Below are positions 25,348 to 34,682 of a DNA stretch of 36,848 nt, one piece after another. Origin of the DNA: a virus (taxonomy: Duplodnaviria; Caudoviricetes); the IMG/VR virus record IMGVR_UViG_3300032373_000057, positions 1 to 36,848 of that record; one strand, 5' to 3'. The translations under genes and the position numbers were made by a program. Each line of letters begins with the position of its first letter. The stretch's first letter is position 1. The notes under the pieces are model-generated. The model did no database searches and was not told the origin of the DNA. It worked only from the letters and a program-made list of their open reading frames with translations.

Positions 25348-25460
25348 AAAAACTCTCGAAGCTGAAGTGCCAGCTTGTTACATGCCTGACTTGCAGGTTT
25401 GCTGTCTAAATACTTTAATATAGCAGATATTAAAATGCGTGGAATTTTTACTGTCTCCAT
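25344..25460 (-). CDS. Small hypothetical protein, 38 aa (missed by ORF track)
   Basis: GGAGG RBS. METVKIPRILISAILKYLDSKPASQACNKLALQLREFL*. Confidence 0.55.
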   Translation of the reverse strand: METVKIPRILISAILKYLDSKPASQACNKLALQLREFL

Positions 25461-25474
25461 CAAACCCTCCGCTT

Positions 25475-26071
25475 CTAGCGTTCTTGCTCAACTAGAAGCT
25501 GCAAATCCTTCCATGCGATATTATGTTCTACAGACTTTTCAGCACAAACAGCGGCATCAGGCAGCAGCTTTTCCCTTTTACATGCCAGCCTCATTTTATC
25601 ATAGATTGCCGCAAGTTCAGCATGCATAGAGGCTTCCCATGCAGCCTCACCATAATGTTTTGGTTTACGGTGCATACGCCGCTTGGTCGATGCAATTAAG
25701 CGTTTAAACTCAACTCTTGATTCATCAAATCGCCCAGCCTGCTGGAGAAATAGGGGCAATCGAAGATAGTGCTTTATGGGGTATTCCACATGAATCTTTA
25801 AAGATAGCTTCTGTGACTCTTCTAGGCATTCAATAGCCTCATCCCATTCTTTATTTTTGGATAGCTGTGTCGCCTCTTTATTCAGATCCCGAATTTTATC
25901 CTCAGCATCAGTGTTTTTACGCACAACTATTTTGACTGTACTATGCCGCTTCTTTGGCGAAACAGGTTTTCTATTCGATTGTTTTTTAAGTTGCTGGAGC
26001 GTTTCAACTTCATGCTGAAGGTTATCCTTTACTTCTCCTTGGGTGCCAAACAAATCCTTAAAAAAGCCCAT
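25475..26071 (-). CDS. Hypothetical TPR-like helical protein (cargo)
   Basis: AGGAG RBS. EAT.L.K.K.WDEAIECL, YLRLPLFLQQAGRFDE TPR-like helices. Confidence 0.75.
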   Translation of the reverse strand: MGFFKDLFGTQGEVKDNLQHEVETLQQLKKQSNRKPVSPKKRHSTVKIVVRKNTDAEDKIRDLNKEATQLSKNKEWDEAIECLEESQKLSLKIHVEYPIKHYLRLPLFLQQAGRFDESRVEFKRLIASTKRRMHRKPKHYGEAAWEASMHAELAAIYDKMRLACKREKLLPDAAVCAEKSVEHNIAWKDLQLLVEQER

Positions 26072-26146
26072 GTTCCTCTCCTTAGTCCTTCACTTTTAAT
26101 ATTAAACCCTCTGTTGCGACGCTTGTTCTATTGTATCATACATACC

Positions 26147-26503
26147 TTAGGCTCGCTTCTTTTGCAGGGCTATGAACTCTGCAAGCTGCTTTTTCTCTTC
26201 CATAAGTTTTTTAATATCTGACTTACCTGCTGCATCGAGCTGTGCATACAACATAGCGATAGCTTCGCCTTCGCTGCGTGGCAAGACAGGCGCTGCACTG
26301 GCAACTCTTTGACCTGTTAATATATAATTGACATCGGCACCAGCGGCGGCGATTGCGGATAAATATGCGGAATCAGGATTCCTCTCATCTTTCTCATAAA
26401 GGCTTTGAGTCTTTCTTGTGACCCCTGCAATCAAAGAAAAATCAGCTTGATTTAGACCTAGACTACCCCTCTCAACTTTCAATCTGACACCGATAGAGCT
26501 CAT
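26147..26503 (-). CDS. Prophage repressor, XRE/Cro-C1 HTH (no S24 peptidase domain)
   Basis: IG.RLK.ER..LGLNQ..F....GV...TQ..YEK.ER.PD..YL..IA..G.DV.YILTG. Divergent from the Ner-like gene. Confidence 0.9.
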   Translation of the reverse strand: MSSIGVRLKVERGSLGLNQADFSLIAGVTRKTQSLYEKDERNPDSAYLSAIAAAGADVNYILTGQRVASAAPVLPRSEGEAIAMLYAQLDAAGKSDIKKLMEEKKQLAEFIALQKKRA

Positions 26504-26518
26504 TTATTCACATTCCCC

Positions 26519-26583
26519 TTGACTATGTAACCATATGGTTTCATTATTCGCCTTAATAAGTGGCTAGATAAGGTTGACTTATC
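26519..26583 (+). promoter_or_regulatory. Early promoter/operator region of the lysis-lysogeny switch
   Basis: TTGACT-17-CATTAT with a perfect palindrome AACCATATGGTT (26529-40) in the spacer. Second dyad GATAAG-N5-CTTATC (26567-83). Confidence 0.6.
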
Positions 26584-26644
26584 AGGACACTTTTTAATGC
26601 AAAAATTAACAATTGCCGTTTTGAAATCTAAATAGGAGGAGCTT

Positions 26645-26905
26645 ATGACCCCATCAGATATTAAGTCCGCGATGTTAAAACGCGGCATCACCCAATCAGA
26701 GATTTCTCTGGTTATTAAAAAAGACCCGTCTCTCATCGGAAAAGTCATCAACGGAAAATCCACCAACTTGACCATTCGAAAAGCTGTAGCTGATGCCATC
26801 AACACGCCGCTCATTGAGGTATTCCCCGACGAAGCATATCGCCGAGCGTCAGGTCGCATCCGTATCCCATCGGCTTATTATCAAGCTGCAATGGCGAGTG
26901 CTTGA
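26645..26905 (+). CDS. Ner/Cro-like HTH regulator
   Basis: MTP.DIK.A..KRG.TQ..I.......S....VI.G......IR..VA..I..P..E.FP. AGGAGG RBS. Confidence 0.85.
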   Translation: MTPSDIKSAMLKRGITQSEISLVIKKDPSLIGKVINGKSTNLTIRKAVADAINTPLIEVFPDEAYRRASGRIRIPSAYYQAAMASA

Positions 26906-26923
26906 TGTTTAACTCGACAGGTT

Positions 26924-27178
26924 TCATTGCTGACCAGCCTTTGATTGGTGCCGACTACGTGAAGCGTCAAGCTGGTCAGCTAACTCACCCAAAGTCTTCC
27001 GAGCAGCATTTAAGATGTGATTCTTGTCATCTTTTGGCTGAACAGACTGGCGCAAACCCTTCGAAAAACGAGGGCCATCTATAATGTTATTTTTTTCTAA
27101 TGCCACAGTCAGATCTAAACAAAGCCTACAAACGGCTTCTATTCTGCCTGCTAATTCATCAAAGTCATCGCTTTCCAT
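26924..27178 (-). CDS. Hypothetical protein antisense to the early operon, ~84 aa
   Basis: Fills the gap between the Ner-like and CII-like genes. Helical, protein-like sequence (FDELAGRIEAV...LE....IDGPRF). Confidence 0.6.
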   Translation of the reverse strand: MESDDFDELAGRIEAVCRLCLDLTVALEKNNIIDGPRFSKGLRQSVQPKDDKNHILNAARKTLGELADQLDASRSRHQSKAGQQ

Positions 27179-27265
27179 GCGTGAAACATTACACATGGTG
27201 AAATACTGTTACAATTACAGAAACGTAAAAGTTTTGCCAAGTACGCCTAAAACAGGCTTACAATC

Positions 27266-27724
27266 ATGAAGCGATTTTATAAACCCGCGACTTTAGACGA
27301 TGCCGTTCAAGGCATGGTTCGGCATGGCAAACACAGCCCTGAACAACTTGCTGACTTAATCGGGTGGAACATTAGCAGCCTCTATCGAGCGGCAAACCCT
27401 AACGATGAGCAGGTGAAGTTTCCTGCGGATAAACTGATTGCCTGCATGATTGTTCAGGAAGATTTCTCACCACTTTACCACATGGCATCACGCTGCGATC
27501 AACTTTGTATTCCACAACCTAAAAAGCGTGGTCGCATGACTGTGGATGAGCTTAATTCATTACAACAACATCAGCTTGATGCTGTGGTGGCGCTTACGCA
27601 GTTCTTTTCGGGCAAGAAAAATCCCGACGACACCCGCAAAACAATTGAAGCAGCAATGGGATCTCTGGCGCGCGGTCGTTTAGCAGTAAATCACGGCATC
27701 AAGCAGGAGGAGCTGAACCTATGA
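27266..27724 (+). CDS. Phage regulatory CII-family (186/P2-type) protein
   Basis: N-terminal HTH (LADLIG...S.LYR.ANP.D), D.SPL..MA pattern. Confidence 0.7.
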   Translation: MKRFYKPATLDDAVQGMVRHGKHSPEQLADLIGWNISSLYRAANPNDEQVKFPADKLIACMIVQEDFSPLYHMASRCDQLCIPQPKKRGRMTVDELNSLQQHQLDAVVALTQFFSGKKNPDDTRKTIEAAMGSLARGRLAVNHGIKQEELNL

Positions 27725-28038
27725 GTGAAAGCAAAAAGCTTTATTCGTCAGATCAAATAACGCGCGCTTATAAATTAATCGAAGTCCTTGCGGGGCATGA
27801 ATTTGAGCCGCTTGAAGCCAAGGAAATAAAAGAACTTACTGGTTGGGAAGGCGCAACTGTGACCCGCCAATGCCAGGCCGCCATGTCGGCAGGCATGGTA
27901 GAGCGAACGGTTGATGGTCGCTGGCGCTTAAAAGTGGGCGCATTCACCAATATCGCGATGTCTGTCATGCATGGGTCGCAACGCGCCAAAGCTCGCATGG
28001 ATGATGAAATCAACAATTATACTAGGAGTGCATACTGA
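27721..28038 (+). CDS. IclR-like winged-HTH DNA-binding protein
   Basis: R...LIE.LAGHEF.PL...EI......ATVTR......G.VE...DGRWRL, typical of B3-like early operons. Confidence 0.8.
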   Translation: MSESKKLYSSDQITRAYKLIEVLAGHEFEPLEAKEIKELTGWEGATVTRQCQAAMSAGMVERTVDGRWRLKVGAFTNIAMSVMHGSQRAKARMDDEINNYTRSAY

Positions 28039-28931
28039 TGCCTAAAGCCACCTCGCAAGAAAAGAAGGTTGAGCAAGCCGACACTAAACGTGTTGGAAAG
28101 CAAGCCGAAGAGACTGTCGCACAAGCTGATAAGGAGCGCATGTTGGCAACACAGCACGAGGGTGAGTTGAATCGTATTGCTGGCGATTTACCTGATGACC
28201 CGAAGGCGTTATGGATGTTTACTGAATCCAGCTTTATACAAGCAACAACATCTATCTTTGATACTGGACGTGCGTTGATTAAGCTAAAAGAGATTTTACC
28301 GCATGGCGCATTTGGCCCTGAATTAAATGAGCGGGGCATACCAGCCCGTACGGCGCGCAACTTCATGGCTGTGGCTCGCGCTTTTTCTGAACGTGGTGAG
28401 AAGCTTAAAAAATTAAGCCGTGCTAAATTATTCGCATGCTTGGAGCTATTTCCAGAGGAGCTTGATGCACTCGAAGATGGCGATTCAGTTTTAGGCATCA
28501 CGCTTGATGACTTTGACCGCATGACTCCGAAAGAGCTTAAAGCGGCCATTAAAAAACGTGATACTGATCTTGAGATTAAAGATCAGCTTCTCGAATCCAA
28601 AAACAAGCAAATTGATTCGATTGCCACGGAACTTGAAAAGTCCAAAGGCAACATTACTGAAGGAGATGCTTCGCCTGTTGTTCAAGAGATAGAATCTGCG
28701 CAAGCGCAAATTCTCATACCTTTAATGAAACTGCGCGCTCGCGCTTTAAATTTTGAAGTTGATGCAGGCAACGGCAAAGAGCCTAACCGTGCAGAATACT
28801 TTGCCCTGCAAGCTGCATTGAATGTTTTGCGCGATGAAATGGCGCAGGCAATGGATGCCTTATACAACTGTGGCGGATCATTTCAGGCAGCTATTGCTGA
28901 AGCATCCATGCCAACGGATGCAGAGGGATGA
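28038..28931 (+). CDS. DUF3102-like early protein
   Basis: GRALI.LKE..PHG.F...L...GI..RTA..FM.VA, G.TLDD.DRMT..EL. Confidence 0.8.
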   Translation: MPKATSQEKKVEQADTKRVGKQAEETVAQADKERMLATQHEGELNRIAGDLPDDPKALWMFTESSFIQATTSIFDTGRALIKLKEILPHGAFGPELNERGIPARTARNFMAVARAFSERGEKLKKLSRAKLFACLELFPEELDALEDGDSVLGITLDDFDRMTPKELKAAIKKRDTDLEIKDQLLESKNKQIDSIATELEKSKGNITEGDASPVVQEIESAQAQILIPLMKLRARALNFEVDAGNGKEPNRAEYFALQAALNVLRDEMAQAMDALYNCGGSFQAAIAEASMPTDAEG

Positions 28932-30655
28932 TCCGCGAGGGCGCATTGATTGAAGCTGCTGAAGCACTTCGCAATGCGAAGGGCGGAAAGTCAGCGATTG
29001 CTAAAGTGCAAGCGAAGCTTTTGGGGATATCGCCACAAACGCTGTACCGCCAGCTTAAAGCAAAAGGCTTGTATCAATCCGACCGTAAAAAACGCACGGA
29101 TAAAGGCGAGATTCGGATTGATGGCATCACCGATGATATGATTATGGAAGTGGCTGCTTTGATGTTTACATCAAAGCGCAACCAAGGGCGCATCATCATG
29201 CCTGCTGAAGTAGCTATCGAAATTGCAGAGAGCAATAATAAGATACCTAAAGGTGTGCTACAGCCTTCCACATTGAACAGGCACTTGAGAAAGCTTGAAG
29301 CGGATAAACGCTCACTGCTTGCGGCAGAACCACATATCAAAGTGCGAAGCTTACATCCGAACCATTATCACCAGCTGGATTATTCAGTGTGTGTGCAATG
29401 GTATCTTGATAAAAAAGGCATGGGTGAGCGCGATATGGTCACCCAAGTTTATAAAAACAAGCCTGACAACGTTGCCGAGGCTCACGCGAAAGGTAAGCCC
29501 AAGCTCATTCGTGCTGTGCTTACCGACCATTTTACTGGATTGATATTCATCCGTTACTACTACATTGCTGGTGAGTCTGCTCGTATGGCCATTGATTTTT
29601 TAAGCCACGCTTGGCGCGAAAAAGATGATGGCAACCCTTTTCATGGTGCCCCTCTTTTGCTGGGTATTGATAAGACAGGTGCGCACAGAGACAGCGGATT
29701 TTTGGCTTTTCTTGATGCACTAGGAGTTCAGCCTGAAACACATGCGGCTGGAAACTCCAAAGCATCGGGACAAGTGGAATGTGCACAGCGTATTGTGGAG
29801 CAACGCATTGAATCAAGGCTACGTATTTCACCTGCTAAATCGGTGGATGCATTGAATGAAGTCGCAGCCCAAGAATGTCGTAAGTTAAATGCCACTATGC
29901 GCCATTCCCGCCATCGCCAAACACGCGCTGGATTATGGCAAATGATTAAACCTGAGCAGCTACGCTCCATTCAGGTGGATCATGATGATTTGCTTGCGCT
30001 GGCAAATAAAGAAAGCCGCAGCGTAAAAGTGAAAGGTGATTATACCGTTCAATTTGATGGTGATGCTTACAAGGTTTTTGATATACCAGGCATTACACCA
30101 CGCATGAAACTTGAAGCTCGTCGCAATGTGTTTGATGCGGGTGTGATTCAGATTCGTACCCATGCCGATGAGCCTTGGATTTCAATAAGCAAAGAAGAGC
30201 GCATGACCGACCTTGAAGGCGGTTGGGCGGTGGGCGCCCAAATTGTAGGTGAGGGATATAGCAAGGCACCTGAAACAACAGCAATGCAACACAGCAAAGC
30301 CATGACTAGGGCGGCATATGGAGCTGACACAGACCGTGATGCTGAGAACGCTATCAAACGACGCGAAAAACCATTCGCTGGTGTGGATGCATTCCAATCA
30401 AGCAAAGACTTCAAACACCCATCATACATGAAGCGGCAAGGCACAAGTATCCCACTTGCTGCAACTACTGAACCAGCGCCCATGCCATTGCTACAAGCCT
30501 TTAAGCTTATCCGTAAACGCCTTGGCCGAGCATTTAGCACTGAGGAAAATATTCAACTTAGAACCGACTACCCCAACGGCATGAACGAGGATGATATCAC
30601 GACTTGGCTCAAAGGTGATCAAGCAAGCAACCCAGTACTAAAAGCTGTCGGATAA
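28928..30655 (+). CDS. DDE transposase (MuA analogue, B3-type)
   Basis: N-terminal HTH and RK.R.DKG. Catalytic-region motifs HPNH.HQLD.S, L..D..GA, GN.KA.GQVE. Confidence 0.95.
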   Translation: MIREGALIEAAEALRNAKGGKSAIAKVQAKLLGISPQTLYRQLKAKGLYQSDRKKRTDKGEIRIDGITDDMIMEVAALMFTSKRNQGRIIMPAEVAIEIAESNNKIPKGVLQPSTLNRHLRKLEADKRSLLAAEPHIKVRSLHPNHYHQLDYSVCVQWYLDKKGMGERDMVTQVYKNKPDNVAEAHAKGKPKLIRAVLTDHFTGLIFIRYYYIAGESARMAIDFLSHAWREKDDGNPFHGAPLLLGIDKTGAHRDSGFLAFLDALGVQPETHAAGNSKASGQVECAQRIVEQRIESRLRISPAKSVDALNEVAAQECRKLNATMRHSRHRQTRAGLWQMIKPEQLRSIQVDHDDLLALANKESRSVKVKGDYTVQFDGDAYKVFDIPGITPRMKLEARRNVFDAGVIQIRTHADEPWISISKEERMTDLEGGWAVGAQIVGEGYSKAPETTAMQHSKAMTRAAYGADTDRDAENAIKRREKPFAGVDAFQSSKDFKHPSYMKRQGTSIPLAATTEPAPMPLLQAFKLIRKRLGRAFSTEENIQLRTDYPNGMNEDDITTWLKGDQASNPVLKAVG

Positions 30656-30681
30656 AAAAAAGGAGGAAAGGAGGAGATGAA

Positions 30682-31959
30682 ATGCACTCACAACAACAGC
30701 GCAAGCCCATACCACCCAGAAAAAATACCACGCCAAGAAAACGTGATATTGGGCGGTGGGACACGATGAAGCCGATCAAGCTTAAGGGCATCCTTGTGGG
30801 ACATAATATCGCAGCAGGTGATATGGCTGAGCAAATTAGGAATAGGAAAGGAGCAACGCTCTCTCGCTCAACGATTTACCAAGCTATGAACAAAAGCATT
30901 TTTCCCGAAGTCAGCACACCTGATTTTAAGGCTCAAGTTGAAGCATTTTTGCGCGCCAATGACGTGTCTGAGGCGAAAATAAAAATCTGCTGGGAGCTGG
31001 CTCCTGAAGCCGAAATCATTCCACTTCATACCATGCCTAGCGACCAAAAATATCGCATTTTAACAGGCATCGCGAAAAAGAAAGGCGAAAAAATAACAGA
31101 CTTAATCACGGAGGCCACAATGCTTACACCCGCTGCAAACAAACACTTCACATTATTCAGAAGCCCATTTCTTTCGGATATCAATCAGGCATCGGATGTA
31201 TACATGTCATCATCACACCGATATGCGCTAGCAAAGATGGATGATGCGGCAAGAAATGGTGGCTTTGTTGCCGTGGTTGGTGAATGTGGAGGCGGAAAAT
31301 CGGTGTTACGGCGCATGCTTGTTCAGCAGCTTTTAGATGATGGTGAAGTGAGGGTAATCCAACCCCAAACGATTGACAAAAACGCGCTGAATTCAGGGCA
31401 TATTCTTGATGCGATTATTGATGATATAAGCCCTGGCACTTCGGCGAAACGCTCACGCGAAGATAAAGCTCGGCAGGTGAAGAGTATGCTAGTCAACTCT
31501 AGCAATGCCGGTCAAAAACATGTGTTAATCATTGAAGAAGCGCAAGACCTATCCGTGTCTACTATGAAAATCCTTAAACGGCTTTGGGAAATTGAGCGAG
31601 GCATGAGTAAGGTGCTCGGCATTATCCTGATTGGGCAACCTGAACTGCGCAATACGCTCGACATACGCGCTCATTTTGAGATACGCGAAGTGATTTTAAG
31701 ATGCTTGGTTGCCGGCCTTGGGCCACTGGATGCAGACCTTGAACAATACGTGGAATTCAAGCTGGCTCGCATCGGCAAGAAAACATCCGATATCATGGCA
31801 GATGGTTGGGCTGATGCAGTGCGCCAATGCTTAACCAACCGTGATGGTTATTCAGCCCTCTATCCATTGCACATTCATAATCTTATGGCTCGAAGCATGA
31901 ACATGGCTGCCGAATATGGTGAGCCGCGCGTGACCCCTGACATCATCAAGGGGGCTTGA
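30682..31959 (+). CDS. AAA ATPase (ExeA-like MuB analogue) with N-terminal HTH; alternative start 30766
   Basis: Walker A GECGGGKS, Walker B LIIEEAQ, IILIGQPEL. Follows the transposase. Confidence 0.93.
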   Translation: MHSQQQRKPIPPRKNTTPRKRDIGRWDTMKPIKLKGILVGHNIAAGDMAEQIRNRKGATLSRSTIYQAMNKSIFPEVSTPDFKAQVEAFLRANDVSEAKIKICWELAPEAEIIPLHTMPSDQKYRILTGIAKKKGEKITDLITEATMLTPAANKHFTLFRSPFLSDINQASDVYMSSSHRYALAKMDDAARNGGFVAVVGECGGGKSVLRRMLVQQLLDDGEVRVIQPQTIDKNALNSGHILDAIIDDISPGTSAKRSREDKARQVKSMLVNSSNAGQKHVLIIEEAQDLSVSTMKILKRLWEIERGMSKVLGIILIGQPELRNTLDIRAHFEIREVILRCLVAGLGPLDADLEQYVEFKLARIGKKTSDIMADGWADAVRQCLTNRDGYSALYPLHIHNLMARSMNMAAEYGEPRVTPDIIKGA

Positions 31960-32178
31960 ATGAATCAACTACTGACACAAGAAAAAATTGGTCGGTGTGA
32001 TGGGTGTGCGCTTATTGATCATCATTTGATTGGGGGGCTTTGCCCAGTCTGCAGAGGAACGGGAGGAAATAAAAATGAACTTAGAATTATTACTGATACT
32101 GATTGCATCAATTGGGCTGTCCTTAAGCGGATACTGTCTGTGGGTCATCCTTTGCACGTCAAACCCTCGCGCAGATAA
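31960..32178 (+). CDS. Small hypothetical protein with two CxxC motifs
   Basis: GRCDGC..IDHHL..GLCPVC. Abuts the ATPase stop. 3' half overlaps the next ORF. Confidence 0.55.
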   Translation: MNQLLTQEKIGRCDGCALIDHHLIGGLCPVCRGTGGNKNELRIITDTDCINWAVLKRILSVGHPLHVKPSRR

Positions 32179-32221
32179 GACACTTATGATCAACAGAATT
32201 TTGGATAAAGGAGATAAGTAG
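32075..32221 (+). CDS. Small single-TM protein, 48 aa
   Basis: GGAGG RBS, hydrophobic helix, stop overlaps the GTG of the next gene. Confidence 0.55.
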   Translation: MNLELLLILIASIGLSLSGYCLWVILCTSNPRADKTLMINRILDKGDK

Positions 32222-32832
32222 TGAGTGATGCATACATGACAAATAACAAAGGGCACTTGGTGCCCAAAGAGCAAGTATCAGATTTAGATATGCTCCGCGA
32301 CAACTTGGTAAGCAACATTGCAGCAACCTTTATCGCGGAGCGCGAATCACTACGGCTTCTTAAGCAAACCGTGCTTGATGAAATTGCTGCATTCGTTGAA
32401 TTAAGTGCTGAGCAGTACGGTGCGAAGGTTGGTGGTAAAAAAGGAAACATCAACCTGCTTAGCTTTGACGGAACTTATAAAGTCAGCGTTCAAATATCTG
32501 AATACATTGTATTTGATGAGCGCTTGCAAGTGGCTAAAAGCCTGATTGATGAATGCATCCACGATTGGAGTAATGGTGCAGATGATAAAATTCTGACCTT
32601 GGTCAACGATGCGTTTCAGGTCGATAAAGCAGGCAATGTATCTACCAGTCGCATACTTGGCCTTCGCCGCTTAAAAATTGATAATGAGAAATGGCAGCAA
32701 GCCATGCAAGCCATTGCTGATTCGATGACTACGGCAGGCAGTAAGACCTATATCCGTGCTTATGAGCGTGTTGGATCCACTGATCAGTGGAAAGTCATCT
32801 CGCTTGATTTTGCTGCGCTAGAGGTGGTGTGA
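32221..32832 (+). CDS. DUF3164-family protein
   Basis: G.LVP, F..LSAEQYG...GG.KGN..L.SFDG, FDERLQ.AK.LIDEC..W, AFQVDK.G. Confidence 0.92.
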   Translation: MSDAYMTNNKGHLVPKEQVSDLDMLRDNLVSNIAATFIAERESLRLLKQTVLDEIAAFVELSAEQYGAKVGGKKGNINLLSFDGTYKVSVQISEYIVFDERLQVAKSLIDECIHDWSNGADDKILTLVNDAFQVDKAGNVSTSRILGLRRLKIDNEKWQQAMQAIADSMTTAGSKTYIRAYERVGSTDQWKVISLDFAALEVV

Positions 32833-33365
32833 TGACGGCTCCTAATCAGCCTAATATTGATCAGTCTCATGAAAATATACAGCAAAATAGTGTAGAAAAC
32901 ATTATTCATCCAGAGATGTCAGAAACAGCAAAAAGAAACTTGATCAAAAAAGCCATCTGCGTGTTAGATCACTTTCAAAAAAAGCGTGGCTTGAGTGATA
33001 AAGAAGCCTCAATCACATTGGGTTTTTCAAAAAGTAATATAGCTCAACTACGCAAGGCATTTGCTACCAACAGGATGGGTCATAAAGCTGCTGAGAAACT
33101 TATGAGCCGAATAGAAGAATACCTTCTTAATGAAATTAACAACTACCAACATTCTGAATCTAACCCGCTGAAAGAACCTGAAGAGCCAACATCAACAAGT
33201 GATTATATCCGCGATATTCTATCCGCTCACTTTGAGACTCAAACAGATTATTCAATCCGTGAAATTCAAGAATCAGCCAATGAGATTGATTTGATTTTAA
33301 GCGCCAAAAGAGTCGGTGCGATTGTGCGTATTACCGCTGATTTAAGCGTTGGTTCATTGAAATGA
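32829..33365 (+). CDS. Hypothetical protein with HTH-like segment
   Basis: Coupled to both neighbours. GLSDKEASITLGFSKSNIAQL segment. Confidence 0.65.
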   Translation: MMTAPNQPNIDQSHENIQQNSVENIIHPEMSETAKRNLIKKAICVLDHFQKKRGLSDKEASITLGFSKSNIAQLRKAFATNRMGHKAAEKLMSRIEEYLLNEINNYQHSESNPLKEPEEPTSTSDYIRDILSAHFETQTDYSIREIQESANEIDLILSAKRVGAIVRITADLSVGSLK

Positions 33366-33994
33366 AAGTAACATGTCCAGCATGTGGTTCTGGAGGCTCT
33401 ATCAGTTTATTTATTGCCGATATTGATGCACGCAAAGCGGTGTTATCAGCCGCCAAGCTGCCGTCGGACTGTGGCGCATTGGTACTCGAATACATTGGCT
33501 ATTTTGCACCGCAAGAACGATTCTTAACAGCCTCGCGTGCAGCAAATCTAATCAATGATTGCTGTAACATGATTCTCAATGGTGTGAACTTTGATCGCGA
33601 TTTTATTCAAGCACCAAGTCACATCTGGCAGAGAGCCTTTCAATCTATAGATAGTGCTCATATCCGTAGACCTTTAAAAAACCATCATTATCTCTTGCGC
33701 ATTGTGCAATCTGAGCTTGGTAAAAAAACCGATATCGCGCAACACGAACAACATCAAAGCAGGCGTTCTGAAGCACGAATCAATAACTCGGAAATGAAGT
33801 CCGTTGGCAATATTCTTCAACAAACAGATGCGCCTGATTTACTAGCAGAACTTACACCTGAAGCGCGCATGCAAGCCATGCAAAGTGCAGAGAAAGCCCT
33901 GCTTGAAGAAGACTTTAATCCGCAATTTATTGTACCCCCTTTGATTGAGCAAAAAGCGCGTGAGATGTTGGAGGTTAAAAATGTCAGTGATTGA
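33362..33994 (+). CDS. Conserved-type Mu-like early hypothetical protein
   Basis: M...CPACG...S.......DAR, Y.G.F.P....L, PLKNH.YL..I. Confidence 0.8.
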   Translation: MKVTCPACGSGGSISLFIADIDARKAVLSAAKLPSDCGALVLEYIGYFAPQERFLTASRAANLINDCCNMILNGVNFDRDFIQAPSHIWQRAFQSIDSAHIRRPLKNHHYLLRIVQSELGKKTDIAQHEQHQSRRSEARINNSEMKSVGNILQQTDAPDLLAELTPEARMQAMQSAEKALLEEDFNPQFIVPPLIEQKAREMLEVKNVSD

Positions 33995-34322
33995 TCAAAC
34001 AACGGTACTAGCAGAACTATGCATGCATATTGGTAAGGCAAAAGGTGTCACATGTAAATCTCTAGCAACGGCTATTCGTGGAGGCTATGCAAGCCCTGCT
34101 GACTTACGTCGCATTAGATACGTGATCGAAGCATTACGCTTGGAGGGTCATCATATTTGTGCCCACCCATCACAAGGCTATTTCATTGCAATATCGGATA
34201 AAGAGCTTAATGAGACATGCAACTTCTTAATTAACAGAGCTATGAAATCGCTTGCCCAAGTATCGCGCATGAAAAAGATATCGCTGCCTGATATTCATGG
34301 GCAGATGAGGCTTAAAGTATGA
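33981..34322 (+). CDS. Winged-helix hypothetical protein, 113 aa
   Basis: H.G...GV....LA, R.IR..I..LR.EG..ICAHP..GYFIA. GGAGG RBS before ATG 33981. Confidence 0.8.
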   Translation: MSVIDQTTVLAELCMHIGKAKGVTCKSLATAIRGGYASPADLRRIRYVIEALRLEGHHICAHPSQGYFIAISDKELNETCNFLINRAMKSLAQVSRMKKISLPDIHGQMRLKV

Positions 34323-34675
34323 CTGCTTATAATTTTAAAGCGCAGTTTGCTGATGATATTGAGTCAGGCCGCAAGCAACAAACCATCCGCACCGAACGTA
34401 AAGATAGCCGCGTGCCACGCGAGGGTGATGCTCTCCAGCTTTACACAGGCATGCGCACAAAAAGCTGCCGAAAACTGCGTGATACGGTCTGTAAATACAC
34501 ACGTGAAATCATCATGACTGATTGCGGTGTAAAGCTGGATGGTCAAGCTGTTTATCCAAGCACCATTTTGAATATTGCCAAGGCAGATGGGTTCGATTCT
34601 GTAGAGTCGTTTCGCACTTTTTTCAAAGACACGTATGGCTTTCCATTTCGTGGGCACTTAATCAAATGGTTGTGA
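34319..34675 (+). CDS. ASCH-domain protein
   Basis: F...FA..I.SG.K.QTIR, GD.LQLYTG.RTK.C, A.ADGF.....F..FF. Confidence 0.88.
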   Translation: MTAYNFKAQFADDIESGRKQQTIRTERKDSRVPREGDALQLYTGMRTKSCRKLRDTVCKYTREIIMTDCGVKLDGQAVYPSTILNIAKADGFDSVESFRTFFKDTYGFPFRGHLIKWL

Positions 34676-34682
34676 CTATTCA

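Noticed and set aside
26500-26859. 119-aa minus-strand ORF upstream of the repressor
   Set aside because: It is the shadow of the Ner-like gene and crosses the operator region.
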